Below, in pieces: positions 1 to 10,041 of a DNA stretch of 59,210 nt. The DNA comes from Bacteroidia bacterium. Lineage in GTDB: Bacteria; Bacteroidota; Bacteroidia; NS11-12g; UBA955. The notes under the pieces are model-generated. The model saw only the letters and a program-made list of their open reading frames with translations. It ran no database searches and was not told the DNA's origin. The DNA lies in the NCBI GenBank assembly GCA_044377005.1, contig JBILJV010000005.1, positions 1 to 59,210 of the forward strand, read 5' to 3'. Both the position numbers and the translations under genes were made by a program. How positions within the stretch are numbered: position 1 is the stretch's first letter; every line of letters begins with the position of its first letter.

Positions 1-1
1 C

Positions 2-448
2 GAAGTTTTATACCGTGGCTTACTTAGCCAAATTGGCTATGGGGACTATACTGTTTATGCACAACTATTTTATTTTTTTTTATTATTTGCTGCCCCTTTT
101 GTTTTTATTATCATTTTAAAAAGAACACTCACGATAATTGGTGATATTACAATAACTGAACATAAAATCATCATTAGTCGAAAAAAATCTATTCTATACA
201 AACTAAATGTGGCACATTTAAAGCAACTTAAAATACAATTTAATTACTTCAAACGCAATGATATTGAACCAAGGAACATGGTTAAAGGTAATAACAATGT
301 AATCGGTTTTAAAAAAATGGGGATTCCAATTAACTTTGAATTTCTACTTCAAACCAAGGAGGAAGATGAAATCTTTAGAAACATACTTGACAAATGGTCA
401 GAAAATGGAATTACATATGAATACAAAACCGTTCTTTCGAAATTTTAA
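2..448 (+). CDS. Partial (5'-truncated) membrane protein of unknown function
   Basis: Frame is open from base 2 (EVLYRGLLSQIGYGDYTVYAQLFYFFLLFAAPFVFIIILKR...) through the track ORF 209-448. A hydrophobic TM-like stretch precedes a soluble domain. Confidence 0.6.
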   Translation, partial: EVLYRGLLSQIGYGDYTVYAQLFYFFLLFAAPFVFIIILKRTLTIIGDITITEHKIIISRKKSILYKLNVAHLKQLKIQFNYFKRNDIEPRNMVKGNNNVIGFKKMGIPINFEFLLQTKEEDEIFRNILDKWSENGITYEYKTVLSKF

Positions 449-481
449 CACGATTTAAACGCTATTTAAAACTAGAGAAAT

Positions 482-521
482 AAAAAAGGAGCCGATATTA
501 TTCAAATATTGGCTCCTTTTT
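482..521. terminator. Bidirectional intrinsic terminator
   Basis: AAAAAGGAGCC-GATATT...AATATT-GGCTCCTTTTT inverted repeat between convergent genes, with A/T tracts on both sides. Confidence 0.85.
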
Positions 522-540
522 ATAAAAGTAAGTGTTGATA

Positions 541-2139
541 CTAATAATTTAATGGCTCCAATCTTACGGTCAATTTCTTTTTGAATGCGTAATATTCAAG
601 TACCATCAAGTGATTTTTCTTTGCAGGATGAATACTGATGTTTCTTGTATTTACATCAATAGGGGTTCTATTGGTTTTAGGATCACCATCCCCTAAAGTT
701 ATACTTCCCACAACAGCATCGTTCTTTTTACCATCTTCCCCTTTTCTGTTTATATCAATGTAATATGAAGTAAAACCATTTCCATCTTCATTAATAGTTG
801 AATATTGATAATCAAAAAGTCCGGCTGCTTTTAAATAATGTGCAATCATGGTTGTTGAAGCATATTCATAACTTGCAGGCAAGTATACTTCCGAAAATTT
901 CTTTTTAACAACTTCTTTTTGAACCAATTTAAAATCCTTGTTAAAAACCATGTAAACCATGTTGTATATTTTAATACTAAAACTACTCATTCCTGTAGAT
1001 CCTCCTCCTGCTGCTGCATTTAACAACTTCATACCAACTGCAGAGGCTGACAATATCATTTTATATTGTTCTGCTACCACATAGGTATTACCATCTTTTC
1101 CTATTTGCACTTTATGAATATAAAAACGCATATTTTCTTTGGTTTGCGCACCGTCTGAAGTTGCAGTTAAATTGATTAAATCTTTTTTCCAAGTCAATTG
1201 CTCATTTTGAACTACATTGCCATCAATGTCTAACTTCATTAAGTACAAACCTTCACTTTTATTGTTGGTCGAATTTTTTCCTTTAGCATAATATTCACCA
1301 TTTAAGTAAACCAATTTATTGGCATCATCAACATAACAACCATGAATGGTTATGTCCTGCATTTTATCTACGTCTAATTCAAACAAAGTGTTACCGCTTT
1401 CTGCGTCTAAAAAGAAAAAGCTATTGGTTACATCCCTGGTAAGTTGATTTTTTTTGGTTGATTTTAAAACCCCAATAAACTTGCTAGATGAATATAAAAC
1501 ATCTGCTGATTCTAATTCACTCGCTTTTGTATCAGATGCACTTGTCCACATCAATTCCAACTTGTTATTGTACCCTTCTAAGACGTAACCCATTTTTTTG
1601 TTGCTTACCAATACTTGTCTTACAAAACCATAATCTCCCAATGAATTAATAGAAGAACTTATTGGTTCATCGCTACTCATTGCCGCTGATATTTGAAAAC
1701 TTTCAAATTTACTGACTTCAATTTCTTTTATCTCCCCCAATTGTTTTCCTTCTTTAGAAAATGTAAACAAATCAACTCCTTTTCTTCCTGCCATCATTAT
1801 CATAAAGGCATTACCATTGTAATTCATTTCAATCAATTGTGAGTTCTTGCCTGATTCTATATCAATACTTCTTAAATATTTAAAATCGACATCATAAATT
1901 TTAATTTCAAATTCAGCATTTCCATTTCCGGTTTTTTCACCTTTGGTAAAATAGTAATAGCCAACTAAGACATTTTTCTCAATAATATTACCAAAATTGC
2001 GAACATCTTTGGCTCTTATTTTTTCCATTTGTAAAACAATATTTCCATCTGGATTTTTGTTATTGTTGGACATTGAAACAAAGGGTGTTAACAATAATAA
2101 TATTGTTAACATAAATGATTGTATTGTATTTTTTTTCAT
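541..2139 (-). CDS. Secreted protein, DUF6770-like, probable beta-propeller
   Basis: 532-aa ORF with signal peptide and beta-rich repeats. The N-terminal pattern (GYYYF..GEK....EFEIKIYD) is recalled from Bacteroidota DUF6770 proteins. Confidence 0.55.
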   Translation of the reverse strand: MKKNTIQSFMLTILLLLTPFVSMSNNNKNPDGNIVLQMEKIRAKDVRNFGNIIEKNVLVGYYYFTKGEKTGNGNAEFEIKIYDVDFKYLRSIDIESGKNSQLIEMNYNGNAFMIMMAGRKGVDLFTFSKEGKQLGEIKEIEVSKFESFQISAAMSSDEPISSSINSLGDYGFVRQVLVSNKKMGYVLEGYNNKLELMWTSASDTKASELESADVLYSSSKFIGVLKSTKKNQLTRDVTNSFFFLDAESGNTLFELDVDKMQDITIHGCYVDDANKLVYLNGEYYAKGKNSTNNKSEGLYLMKLDIDGNVVQNEQLTWKKDLINLTATSDGAQTKENMRFYIHKVQIGKDGNTYVVAEQYKMILSASAVGMKLLNAAAGGGSTGMSSFSIKIYNMVYMVFNKDFKLVQKEVVKKKFSEVYLPASYEYASTTMIAHYLKAAGLFDYQYSTINEDGNGFTSYYIDINRKGEDGKKNDAVVGSITLGDGDPKTNRTPIDVNTRNISIHPAKKNHLMVLEYYAFKKKLTVRLEPLNY

Positions 2140-2190
2140 AAATGTATTAAACGAAGATAGTTTTTATTTTTTAAAGTAAAAATAATATAA

Positions 2191-2823
2191 TCAAAAAACC
2201 GGTTCAAATTGGTATATCTCTTTGATAGTAGCTAAACTTTTCTTAACTACTTTCATATTCATTTTTTGATCAATATTAGGTTTGTTAGTACTCATATTCC
2301 TTGGTTGTTTAACAATCGAATCTGCATATTCAATTCCTTTAATAACTTCACCAAAAACTGTATATTCTCCATTCAAATGTGCTGTTCCACTGGTACTCAC
2401 AGCGATGTAAAACTGCGAACCACTCGAAGCCTTTTCTGGATTAACATTGTTTCCTAATCTTGCTGCAGCTATGCTTCCTTTTTTATGTTTTATATCAGGG
2501 AAAATTTCGGCTGGCACTGTATATCCCGGCCCACCAGAACCGTTGCCATCTGGATCGCCTCCTTGTATCATAAAATTAGGAATAATTCGGTGAAACAACA
2601 AGCCATTGTAAAACCCTTGATTCGCTAATTTAATAAAATTCCTTTTATGAAGTGGTGTTTTATCATATAAATATACGACGATCATTCCATAAGACGTAGA
2701 TAGCTCAACTAACTCTACAGTATCTGCAGGATTTGAGTTAACAACTGGTAAAGGTGTTGGCGCTTCCTTTTCACAAGAAAACATAAACAGCGAGGCTATT
2801 ATAAATAATCCAAGGTATTTCAT
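2191..2823 (-). CDS. Cyclophilin-type peptidyl-prolyl isomerase, lipoprotein
   Basis: [22 protein letters not shown] and HLNGEYTVFG motifs. Start re-called at ATG 2823 (MKYLGLFIIASLFMFSC, lipobox), 5 nt downstream of TATCTTTG. Confidence 0.9.
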   Translation of the reverse strand: MKYLGLFIIASLFMFSCEKEAPTPLPVVNSNPADTVELVELSTSYGMIVVYLYDKTPLHKRNFIKLANQGFYNGLLFHRIIPNFMIQGGDPDGNGSGGPGYTVPAEIFPDIKHKKGSIAAARLGNNVNPEKASSGSQFYIAVSTSGTAHLNGEYTVFGEVIKGIEYADSIVKQPRNMSTNKPNIDQKMNMKVVKKSLATIKEIYQFEPVF

Positions 2824-2828
2824 AAACA

Positions 2829-2836
2829 CAAAGATA
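2829..2836 (-). promoter_or_regulatory. Bacteroidota -7 promoter element (TATCTTTG) for the cyclophilin gene
   Basis: Exact TAnnTTTG match 5 nt upstream of the ATG. Confidence 0.6.
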
Positions 2837-2879
2837 TTTATAGTATTTAATTTTACAAGAAAATTAAGATATTTGCTCA

Positions 2880-4925
2880 ATGAAATTTAAAATCTTAATT
2901 GGCTTATCATTGGCATTGGTTTCTATGGCTTTTGTAATCAACAGAAACAATGAACCTAAAAAAGGGTATCAGTCTCACCACATGAATAGTTCTGTGCATG
3001 CGTGTGATAATTTTTACGAATATGCCGTTGGTGGTTGGATGAAAAACAATCCTATCCCTAATACCGAAAGCCGATGGGGAGCCTTTAATATCCTTCAAAA
3101 AGAGAATGAAATTAAACTAAAAAACATTTTAGATGGTATCATCAATCCTGCCGACCCAAAAGCAACATATAAAAAAGGAAGTAATGAACAATTATTAGGC
3201 GACTTTTACAAATCGACGCTCGACACACAAACCATTAATAAACTTGGGCATACCCCTATTTTAAATGAATGGAAAAAAATAGATGCTTTAAGAAAAATTC
3301 AAGATTTGGGAATGTTGTTAGGTTCTCAAAGATGGCGTGGTCATGGCAGTTTGTTTAGTACTTATGTAAGCATTGATGCAAAAAACAGTCAACGACATGT
3401 TGTGTATATGAGTCAAGGGGGACTTTCGCTTCCCGACGTAGATTATTATTTAAAAAATGACGACAAAAGCAAAAATATACGCAATGAATACACCAAACAT
3501 ATCAGCAATATGTTTGGATTATGTTCTGAAAAAAACACAGAAGAAATTGCTTCAAAAATATTGGCAATAGAAACTGATTTAGCACTTATCTCGATGAACC
3601 GAACCGAAAGACGTGACCCCGACAAAACTTATAATCTGTACCAATATGAAAAATTCATCAAAGACTTTAACTACATCAATTGGGGCGCCTATTTTAAAGC
3701 GGCTCTTCCTGTAGGATTTAAAGAAATGGTCGTTTCTCAACCAAAATTCTACGAGCAATTAGGGACCGTAATCAATAAATATTCTTTGAGCGATTGGAAA
3801 AAATACATGAAATGGCATGCTTTAAGTGGCAAAGCTTCATTGCTTTCTTGTTCATTTCAGAAAGAAAACTTCCGATTTAATAGCACTGTTTTAAAAGGCA
3901 CTAGTACCATGAAACCTTTGTCTGAGCGTTCTGTTAATATGGTGAATGCCTACTTAGGCGAAACTTTAGGTCAGGAATTTGCAAAGTATCATTTCTCTGA
4001 AAGCTCCAAACAAAAAGTAAGCGAAATGGTAGAAAACTTAAGAGCTGTATTTAAAGAGAGAATTCAACAATTGGATTGGATGAGCGATTCTACTAAAGCT
4101 AAAGCGATTGCCAAATTGGATGCCTTTACATATAAAATTGGTTACACAGATAAATGGAAGGATTACAGTAAAGCCATCATCAATAATAATACTCTTTATG
4201 ATAATGTTACCTCAATAGCGGGAATTTCTTATGGCATGATGGTTAAAAAACTGAACCAACCTATTGATAAAACTGAATGGGGAATGACACCGCAAACTGT
4301 TAATGCTTATTACAATTCTAGCAGAAATGAAATTGTTTTTCCTGCAGGCATCTTACAACCCCCTTTCTATTCTCCTGATGCCGATGATGCTTTAAATTAT
4401 GGTGGAATAGGGGCTGTTATTGGTCATGAATTTTCGCATGGCTTTGATGACAAAGGAAGTAAATACGACAAAGATGGTAATTTAAAAAATTGGTGGAGTG
4501 CTGAAGACCGTTTGAAATTTGAACAAAAAACCAAAAAAATAGTAGAACAGTTCAACCGCTTTGAAGTTTTAGACAGTGTTTTTATCAATGGCAGTCTGAC
4601 ACAAGGTGAAAACATAGCCGACTTTGCAGGTCTAACTTTGGCTTATTATGCACTTAAAAAACAATACCAAAAAGAAACACCTAATGGCAAAGAATTAGAT
4701 GGATTTTCATGGCAACAAAGATTTTTCTTGGGATGGAGTTTGGTTTGGGCACAGAATATCAGTGAAAAAGAATTGCGCAATAGAATCATTACAGACCCAC
4801 ATTCTCCTGGCATGTTTAGGGTTTTAGGACCATTGGCGAATATGCCTGAGTTTTGGGAAGCATTTGGTTGTAATGATGATGCTAAAATGAAAGCTAAACC
4901 AGAGTATCTTGTTAAGATTTGGTAA
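2880..4925 (+). CDS. M13 family (neprilysin/PepO-like) zinc metallopeptidase
   Basis: Signal peptide, CDNFYEYAVGGW, NAYYN, HEFSH (HExxH) and GENIAD motifs. Confidence 0.93.
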   Translation: MKFKILIGLSLALVSMAFVINRNNEPKKGYQSHHMNSSVHACDNFYEYAVGGWMKNNPIPNTESRWGAFNILQKENEIKLKNILDGIINPADPKATYKKGSNEQLLGDFYKSTLDTQTINKLGHTPILNEWKKIDALRKIQDLGMLLGSQRWRGHGSLFSTYVSIDAKNSQRHVVYMSQGGLSLPDVDYYLKNDDKSKNIRNEYTKHISNMFGLCSEKNTEEIASKILAIETDLALISMNRTERRDPDKTYNLYQYEKFIKDFNYINWGAYFKAALPVGFKEMVVSQPKFYEQLGTVINKYSLSDWKKYMKWHALSGKASLLSCSFQKENFRFNSTVLKGTSTMKPLSERSVNMVNAYLGETLGQEFAKYHFSESSKQKVSEMVENLRAVFKERIQQLDWMSDSTKAKAIAKLDAFTYKIGYTDKWKDYSKAIINNNTLYDNVTSIAGISYGMMVKKLNQPIDKTEWGMTPQTVNAYYNSSRNEIVFPAGILQPPFYSPDADDALNYGGIGAVIGHEFSHGFDDKGSKYDKDGNLKNWWSAEDRLKFEQKTKKIVEQFNRFEVLDSVFINGSLTQGENIADFAGLTLAYYALKKQYQKETPNGKELDGFSWQQRFFLGWSLVWAQNISEKELRNRIITDPHSPGMFRVLGPLANMPEFWEAFGCNDDAKMKAKPEYLVKIW

Positions 4926-5009
4926 TTTTTTAACTTCATCCATAAAAATCTTAAAACGAACAAATACTGACAACTAATTCAAATTTAATTTGTTACTTTG
5001 TAAATAAGC

Positions 5010-6158
5010 ATGAATATAGGAATTGTCTGTTATCCAACATTTGGCGGTAGTGGAGTGGTAGCTACCGAACTAGGTAAAGCATTGGCTGCCAAAGGATACT
5101 TTGTACACTTTATTAGTTATAGTCAACCCGCCCGTCTTGATTTTTTTAATCCTAATGTGTTTTTTCACGAAGTTTCTATTTACAAATATCCTTTATTTGA
5201 ATATGTCCCGTATGAAACCATTTTGGCTAGTAAAATTGTAGACATAGTTAAACAAAACAAGCTCGATTTATTACATGTACATTACGCTATTCCACACGCT
5301 AGTGCAGCTTTAATGGCTAAAAACATCTTAAAAGAACAAGGCATTAACATCCCTATTGTAACAACATTACATGGTACTGACATAACTTTAGTGGGGAAAG
5401 ACCCCACTTATGAACCTGTAGTTTCTTATTCTATCAACCATTCTGATGCCGTTACAGCAGTTTCTGAAAGCCTAAAAAAAGACACTTACAAAAACTTTCA
5501 TATTGACAAACCTATCTATGTAATTCCTAACTTTATTGATTTTGATAGGTTTACCAAACAGAAAAAAGAACATTTCAAAAAAGCCATTGCACCCAACGGT
5601 GAAAAAATATTAGTCCATACTTCCAACTTCAGAAAAGTAAAACGTATTGAAGATGTCATTAAAGTTTTTTGTATTGTAAGCAAACAAATTGACAGCAAAC
5701 TACTTTTAATTGGCGATGGTCCCGAACGAACAAACATTGAAATCCTTGCCAAAGAATTGTGTGTATATGAAAAAATCACTTTTTTAGGAAAACAGGAGCA
5801 AATTGAGGAAATTTTATCTGTGTGTGACTTGTTTTTATTGACCTCTGAAACAGAAAGTTTTGGATTGGCGGCCCTAGAAGCAATGGCATGTGAGGTACCT
5901 GTTATCAGCAGCAATGCGGGTGGAATTCCCGAAGTAAACGAACATGGTTATTCTGGCTATTTAAGCAATGTTGCTGATGTTGAAGACATGGGCAAAAATG
6001 CCTTGAAAATTCTGGAAAACGAAGCTACTCTTAAAAAATTTAAATCGAACGCTTTAGCAAAAGCCTTAACTTTTCATATTGATAAAATTTTACCTATGTA
6101 CGAAGATGTTTACAAAAGCCTAGTAGGTGAATTCACCAAATGTGCTACGGATGCTTAA
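5010..6158 (+). CDS. bshA: N-acetyl-alpha-D-glucosaminyl L-malate synthase (bacillithiol biosynthesis)
   Basis: MNIGIVCYPTFGGSGVVATELG, LHVHYAIPHA, TTLHGTDITLVG and ESFGLAALEAM are characteristic of BshA. Confidence 0.92.
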   Translation: MNIGIVCYPTFGGSGVVATELGKALAAKGYFVHFISYSQPARLDFFNPNVFFHEVSIYKYPLFEYVPYETILASKIVDIVKQNKLDLLHVHYAIPHASAALMAKNILKEQGINIPIVTTLHGTDITLVGKDPTYEPVVSYSINHSDAVTAVSESLKKDTYKNFHIDKPIYVIPNFIDFDRFTKQKKEHFKKAIAPNGEKILVHTSNFRKVKRIEDVIKVFCIVSKQIDSKLLLIGDGPERTNIEILAKELCVYEKITFLGKQEQIEEILSVCDLFLLTSETESFGLAALEAMACEVPVISSNAGGIPEVNEHGYSGYLSNVADVEDMGKNALKILENEATLKKFKSNALAKALTFHIDKILPMYEDVYKSLVGEFTKCATDA

Positions 6159-7292
6159 TTGCGTTTTTTCTGAAGCTTCTACTCTTCCAACCACTTTTGC
6201 AGGCACTCCAAACGATTCAGAAATCTTGATAATTGATTCTGCAAATTCTGGCTTCACATAGATTTCCATTCTGTGACCCATGTTAAACACTTGGTACATT
6301 TCTCTCCAATTTGTGCCGCTTTGCGCTTGAATGGTTTTAAATAAAACGGGAATTTCGAACAATTGGTCCTTTATAATATGTAAAGGCGTTTTTACAAAAT
6401 GTAAAATCTTCGTTTGCCCTCCACCTGAGCAATGCACTAATCCATGAATTTCAGAACGGTGTTGTTCTAAAATAGCTTTAATGATAGGAGCATATGTTCT
6501 GGTTGGTGATAACACCATTTTTCCTGCATCAATTGGCATTCTTTCTACTGAATCAGTTAATTTAAGTTGACCCGTATAAGCCAAATCTTTACTCAACAAA
6601 TCATCGTAACTTTCAGGGTATTTTTCTCTGTATTCAGCACTAAAAACATCATGTCGAGCACTTGTTAAACCATTGCTACCCATTCCTGCATTATAAAATG
6701 TTTCATAGGTTGCTTGTCCATCACTTGCCAAACCAATAATAACATCACCTGCTTGAATATGGTGATTGGAAATAATATCTGACTTTTTAGCTCTAGCCGT
6801 AACTGTACTGTCCACAATCACCGTTTTTACCAAATCGCCCACATCGGCAGTTTCTCCACCTCCACTTACGATATTGATTCCGTGTGGTTTCAAACTTTCA
6901 ATAAATGCTTCTGTTCCATTTATAATTTCGGCAATTACCTCGCCAGGAATTCTCTTTTTATTTCGACCAATAGTGCTTGACAACAAAAAATTATCCATAA
7001 CACCCACACACAATAAATCATCAATATTCATTACGATGGCATCTTGGGCAATGCCTCTCCACACAGAAATATCACCTGTTTCTTTCCAATAAATGTAAGC
7101 CAAACTGCTTTTAGTTCCTGCTCCATCAGCATGAATGATGTTACAATATTCGTCATCACCACCCAACACATCGGGAATAATTTTGCAAAATGCGTTTGGA
7201 AATAAACCCTTATCTAGGTTCGCAATGGCTTTGTGTACGTCTTCTTTTTGTGAAGATACTCCTCTTTCATTGTATTTATCTGTTGGCTGCAT
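6120..7292 (-). CDS. purM: Phosphoribosylformylglycinamidine cyclo-ligase (AIR synthase), Bacteroidota type
   Basis: YNERGVSSQKEDVH, HADGAGTKS, GGETADVGD and HCSGGGQTK motifs. Start re-called at ATG 7292 (MQPTDKY). Confidence 0.88.
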   Translation of the reverse strand: MQPTDKYNERGVSSQKEDVHKAIANLDKGLFPNAFCKIIPDVLGGDDEYCNIIHADGAGTKSSLAYIYWKETGDISVWRGIAQDAIVMNIDDLLCVGVMDNFLLSSTIGRNKKRIPGEVIAEIINGTEAFIESLKPHGINIVSGGGETADVGDLVKTVIVDSTVTARAKKSDIISNHHIQAGDVIIGLASDGQATYETFYNAGMGSNGLTSARHDVFSAEYREKYPESYDDLLSKDLAYTGQLKLTDSVERMPIDAGKMVLSPTRTYAPIIKAILEQHRSEIHGLVHCSGGGQTKILHFVKTPLHIIKDQLFEIPVLFKTIQAQSGTNWREMYQVFNMGHRMEIYVKPEFAESIIKISESFGVPAKVVGRVEASEKTQLSIRSTFGEFTY

Positions 7293-7299
7293 GAATGCG

Positions 7300-7331
7300 C
7301 AAAAATAAGTCAATAATTTGGTTTTTGTAAA
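7300..7331 (-). promoter_or_regulatory. Candidate purM promoter
   Basis: Minus strand reads TTTA-N20-TATTTTTG, ending 7 nt before the ATG. Confidence 0.55.
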
Positions 7332-7399
7332 CTAAGGTGATTTAATTGGATAATACAATCTAATACCTCTATTAAATCACACTGAACGACGAGAAACAA

Positions 7400-8887
7400 T
7401 TACCCCTCCGCTCCGCCTTGCATCATACTTGCAAACAAATCTCCAAAAGAATAGCCTGTTTCTATTTCTTTGCGGTTCAATCTGGAAATACTTGCCAAAC
7501 CGTGAAGAATTAATTCTTTTATTACTACTCGTTCTTGGTCACTAATTATTAAATCTTTTTGTTTTTCTATCAAATCGTCTAAACCAGGAATAGCATTGAT
7601 TTTTTTCACATATTCTTTCTCACTCATATCAGAATAAATATTGAGCGTATTGCCTTTTTCAAACCATTCTATTACTTCTCTAAAATAGTCGGGACCAGCT
7701 TCTTTGCCTTTTTTTCTAAGTTTAGTTACATTAGGAATCATATCTGTAAATACTTGTTTGATGCTTTGAATAATTAAAGATACTGCCACATTATAGGGGC
7801 CTTCCTGTTCCCCTTCATACACCATTTCTATTTTACCTGTAATGGACGGAATAATTCCCGCAAAATCTGCCACTCTTACAACTCCTTTTTGCTCATTATT
7901 AAGCAACATTCTGCGCTCTACCATACTCATTAAATTCTCAAATGAGGTGATACTCATTCTTGCTGAAACGCCACTTTTGTGGTCTACAAACTCGCTCTCT
8001 CTGGCTTTAAAAGCTATATTTTCTAAAATAGTACTGATAAATTCAGGAACATGGATATTTTGTCTTTGAAAATCAGACAATCTCGCCTCTTGCTTGGTGA
8101 CACTTTTAGCCGTTTCTATACTTTTAGGATAGTGTGTTAAAATTTGACTTCCAATTCTGTCTTTTAATGGTGTAATAATGCTTCCACGGTTGGTATAATC
8201 CTCTGGATTGGCGGTAAACACAAATTGTATATCTAAATTTAAACGCAATTTAAATCCTCTGATTTGCATATCACCCTCTTGTAAAATATTGAACAATGCC
8301 ACTTGAATACGGGGTTGTAAATCGGGCAACTCATTAATCACAAAAATACTGCGATGACTGCGTGGAATTAATCCATAATGAATGGCATTTTCATTGGAAA
8401 ATGAAATCTTTAAATTAGACGCTTTAATAGGATCAATATCTCCAATTAAATCCGCTATTGACACATCGGGAGTGGCCAATTTTTCGACGTATCTTTCTGA
8501 GCGATGCAACCATTCTATAGGCAATGCATCCCCTAATTCACTTACTAAAGATTTTGATGAATTGATGATAGGGCGAAATGGGTCTTCATTTAATTCGGAA
8601 CCTTTAATAACGGGCACCCACTCGTCTAACAAATGAACCATTTGACGGGCAATTCTAGTTTTAGCCTGACCTCTTAGTCCCAATAAATTGATGTTGTGAC
8701 CCGATAATATGGCGCGTTCAATGGCTGGAATGACGGTATCTTCATAACCTAAAATTCCTTCAAATACATTTAAATTATTTTTTAACTGATGAATTAAATT
8801 CTTTCTTAACTCTTCCTTTACACTCAGGGATTGGTAGCCTGATTTTACTAACTCACCTAGTGTTGATATATTGGGTTGATTGCTCAT
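7400..8887 (-). CDS. AAA+ ATPase (Mg-chelatase/MoxR/PrkA-like, Rv0958-type family)
   Basis: Walker A GLRGQAKT, Walker B variant IFVINE, FTANPEDYTNRG, LKDR. Confidence 0.8.
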   Translation of the reverse strand: MSNQPNISTLGELVKSGYQSLSVKEELRKNLIHQLKNNLNVFEGILGYEDTVIPAIERAILSGHNINLLGLRGQAKTRIARQMVHLLDEWVPVIKGSELNEDPFRPIINSSKSLVSELGDALPIEWLHRSERYVEKLATPDVSIADLIGDIDPIKASNLKISFSNENAIHYGLIPRSHRSIFVINELPDLQPRIQVALFNILQEGDMQIRGFKLRLNLDIQFVFTANPEDYTNRGSIITPLKDRIGSQILTHYPKSIETAKSVTKQEARLSDFQRQNIHVPEFISTILENIAFKARESEFVDHKSGVSARMSITSFENLMSMVERRMLLNNEQKGVVRVADFAGIIPSITGKIEMVYEGEQEGPYNVAVSLIIQSIKQVFTDMIPNVTKLRKKGKEAGPDYFREVIEWFEKGNTLNIYSDMSEKEYVKKINAIPGLDDLIEKQKDLIISDQERVVIKELILHGLASISRLNRKEIETGYSFGDLFASMMQGGAEG

Positions 8888-8889
8888 TA

Positions 8890-9987
8890 TTATTTGGTTC
8901 TTTTTCTTTTGTTTTTTTCGAAATCATGAAAGACATATTCCCCTAAGCCTTGTAAGCTAGTATAAAATGCCTTGCCATTATTAGTTTCTGTAAATTCTTC
9001 TACAAATTGCTGTAGATAAGGGTCTTTTGCAATCATAAAAGTAGTAATTTGTATCCCTAACCGTCTGCAAGCTGCTGCCATATTGAGGGTTTTATTGACT
9101 ATTTTACGGTCGAGCCCAAAACTGTTTTTGTAATACCCTCCTGCTTCTTTTAAGCAACTCGGTTTACCATCGGTAATCATAAAAATTTGCTTATTGGCAT
9201 TTTTTCTTCTTCTCAAAATATCCATAGCCATTTCTATACCTGCAACAGTATTGGTGTGAAAAGGACCCACTTTTAGGTAGGGCAATTCTTTAACCGTAAT
9301 TTGTTGGGCATCGTCACCAAAAGTAACAATGTCTAAAGTATCCTTAGGGTACTTTGTTTTAATAAGTTCTGCCAATGCCATGGCTACTTTTTTGGCAGGC
9401 GTAATTCTGTCTTCGCCATACAGTATCATGGAGTGAGAAATATCTATTAGTAATACCGTGCTGGTTTGACTTTTGTATTCTTTTTCAAACACAACCAAAT
9501 CCTTCTCAGACATTTGAAAATCATTGATTCCACTCGAAATTTGTGCATTCTTAATACTGTCAATAGCTGATATTGAATCAATAGTATCGCCAAACTCAAA
9601 AGACCTCATTTCAGGTTGAATTTCATCCCCATTTCCCGAAAATTTAGTTTTGTGATTACCTAATTTGGATTTTTTAAGTTTGCCAAAAATTTGGTCTAAA
9701 CTGTCTTTTCTGATAATTTGCTCTGTTTTGGGAGTGATTTCAAAACTGCCATCACCTTTGTTGTCGTCTATTAAACCTTTTGATTTAAGGTCTTCTATGA
9801 AATTACCCATTCCATATGAGTTATCAGTAATTTTATACTTTCGGTCTATTTCATTCAACCAATCGAGTGCTTCTGTAAAATCCCCTGCGGTGTACAATAA
9901 CAAATCCTTGAACAAATCGAAAATTTTCTCAAAGGAAGGGTTTTTATTGTCTTTTAATTTAAATTCAGAGAAGTGATAGCCTAGCAT
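8890..9987 (-). CDS. VWA-domain protein, partner of the adjacent AAA+ ATPase
   Basis: MIDAS residues DISHS...TNT...ITDG. Stop lies 2 nt from the ATPase start. Confidence 0.8.
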   Translation of the reverse strand: MLGYHFSEFKLKDNKNPSFEKIFDLFKDLLLYTAGDFTEALDWLNEIDRKYKITDNSYGMGNFIEDLKSKGLIDDNKGDGSFEITPKTEQIIRKDSLDQIFGKLKKSKLGNHKTKFSGNGDEIQPEMRSFEFGDTIDSISAIDSIKNAQISSGINDFQMSEKDLVVFEKEYKSQTSTVLLIDISHSMILYGEDRITPAKKVAMALAELIKTKYPKDTLDIVTFGDDAQQITVKELPYLKVGPFHTNTVAGIEMAMDILRRRKNANKQIFMITDGKPSCLKEAGGYYKNSFGLDRKIVNKTLNMAAACRRLGIQITTFMIAKDPYLQQFVEEFTETNNGKAFYTSLQGLGEYVFHDFEKNKRKRTK

Positions 9988-10041
9988 TTATTTAGTTAAC
10001 AAAAAAGGGTTAGAGAATGTTTAAGAAAACTAATCAAATGT

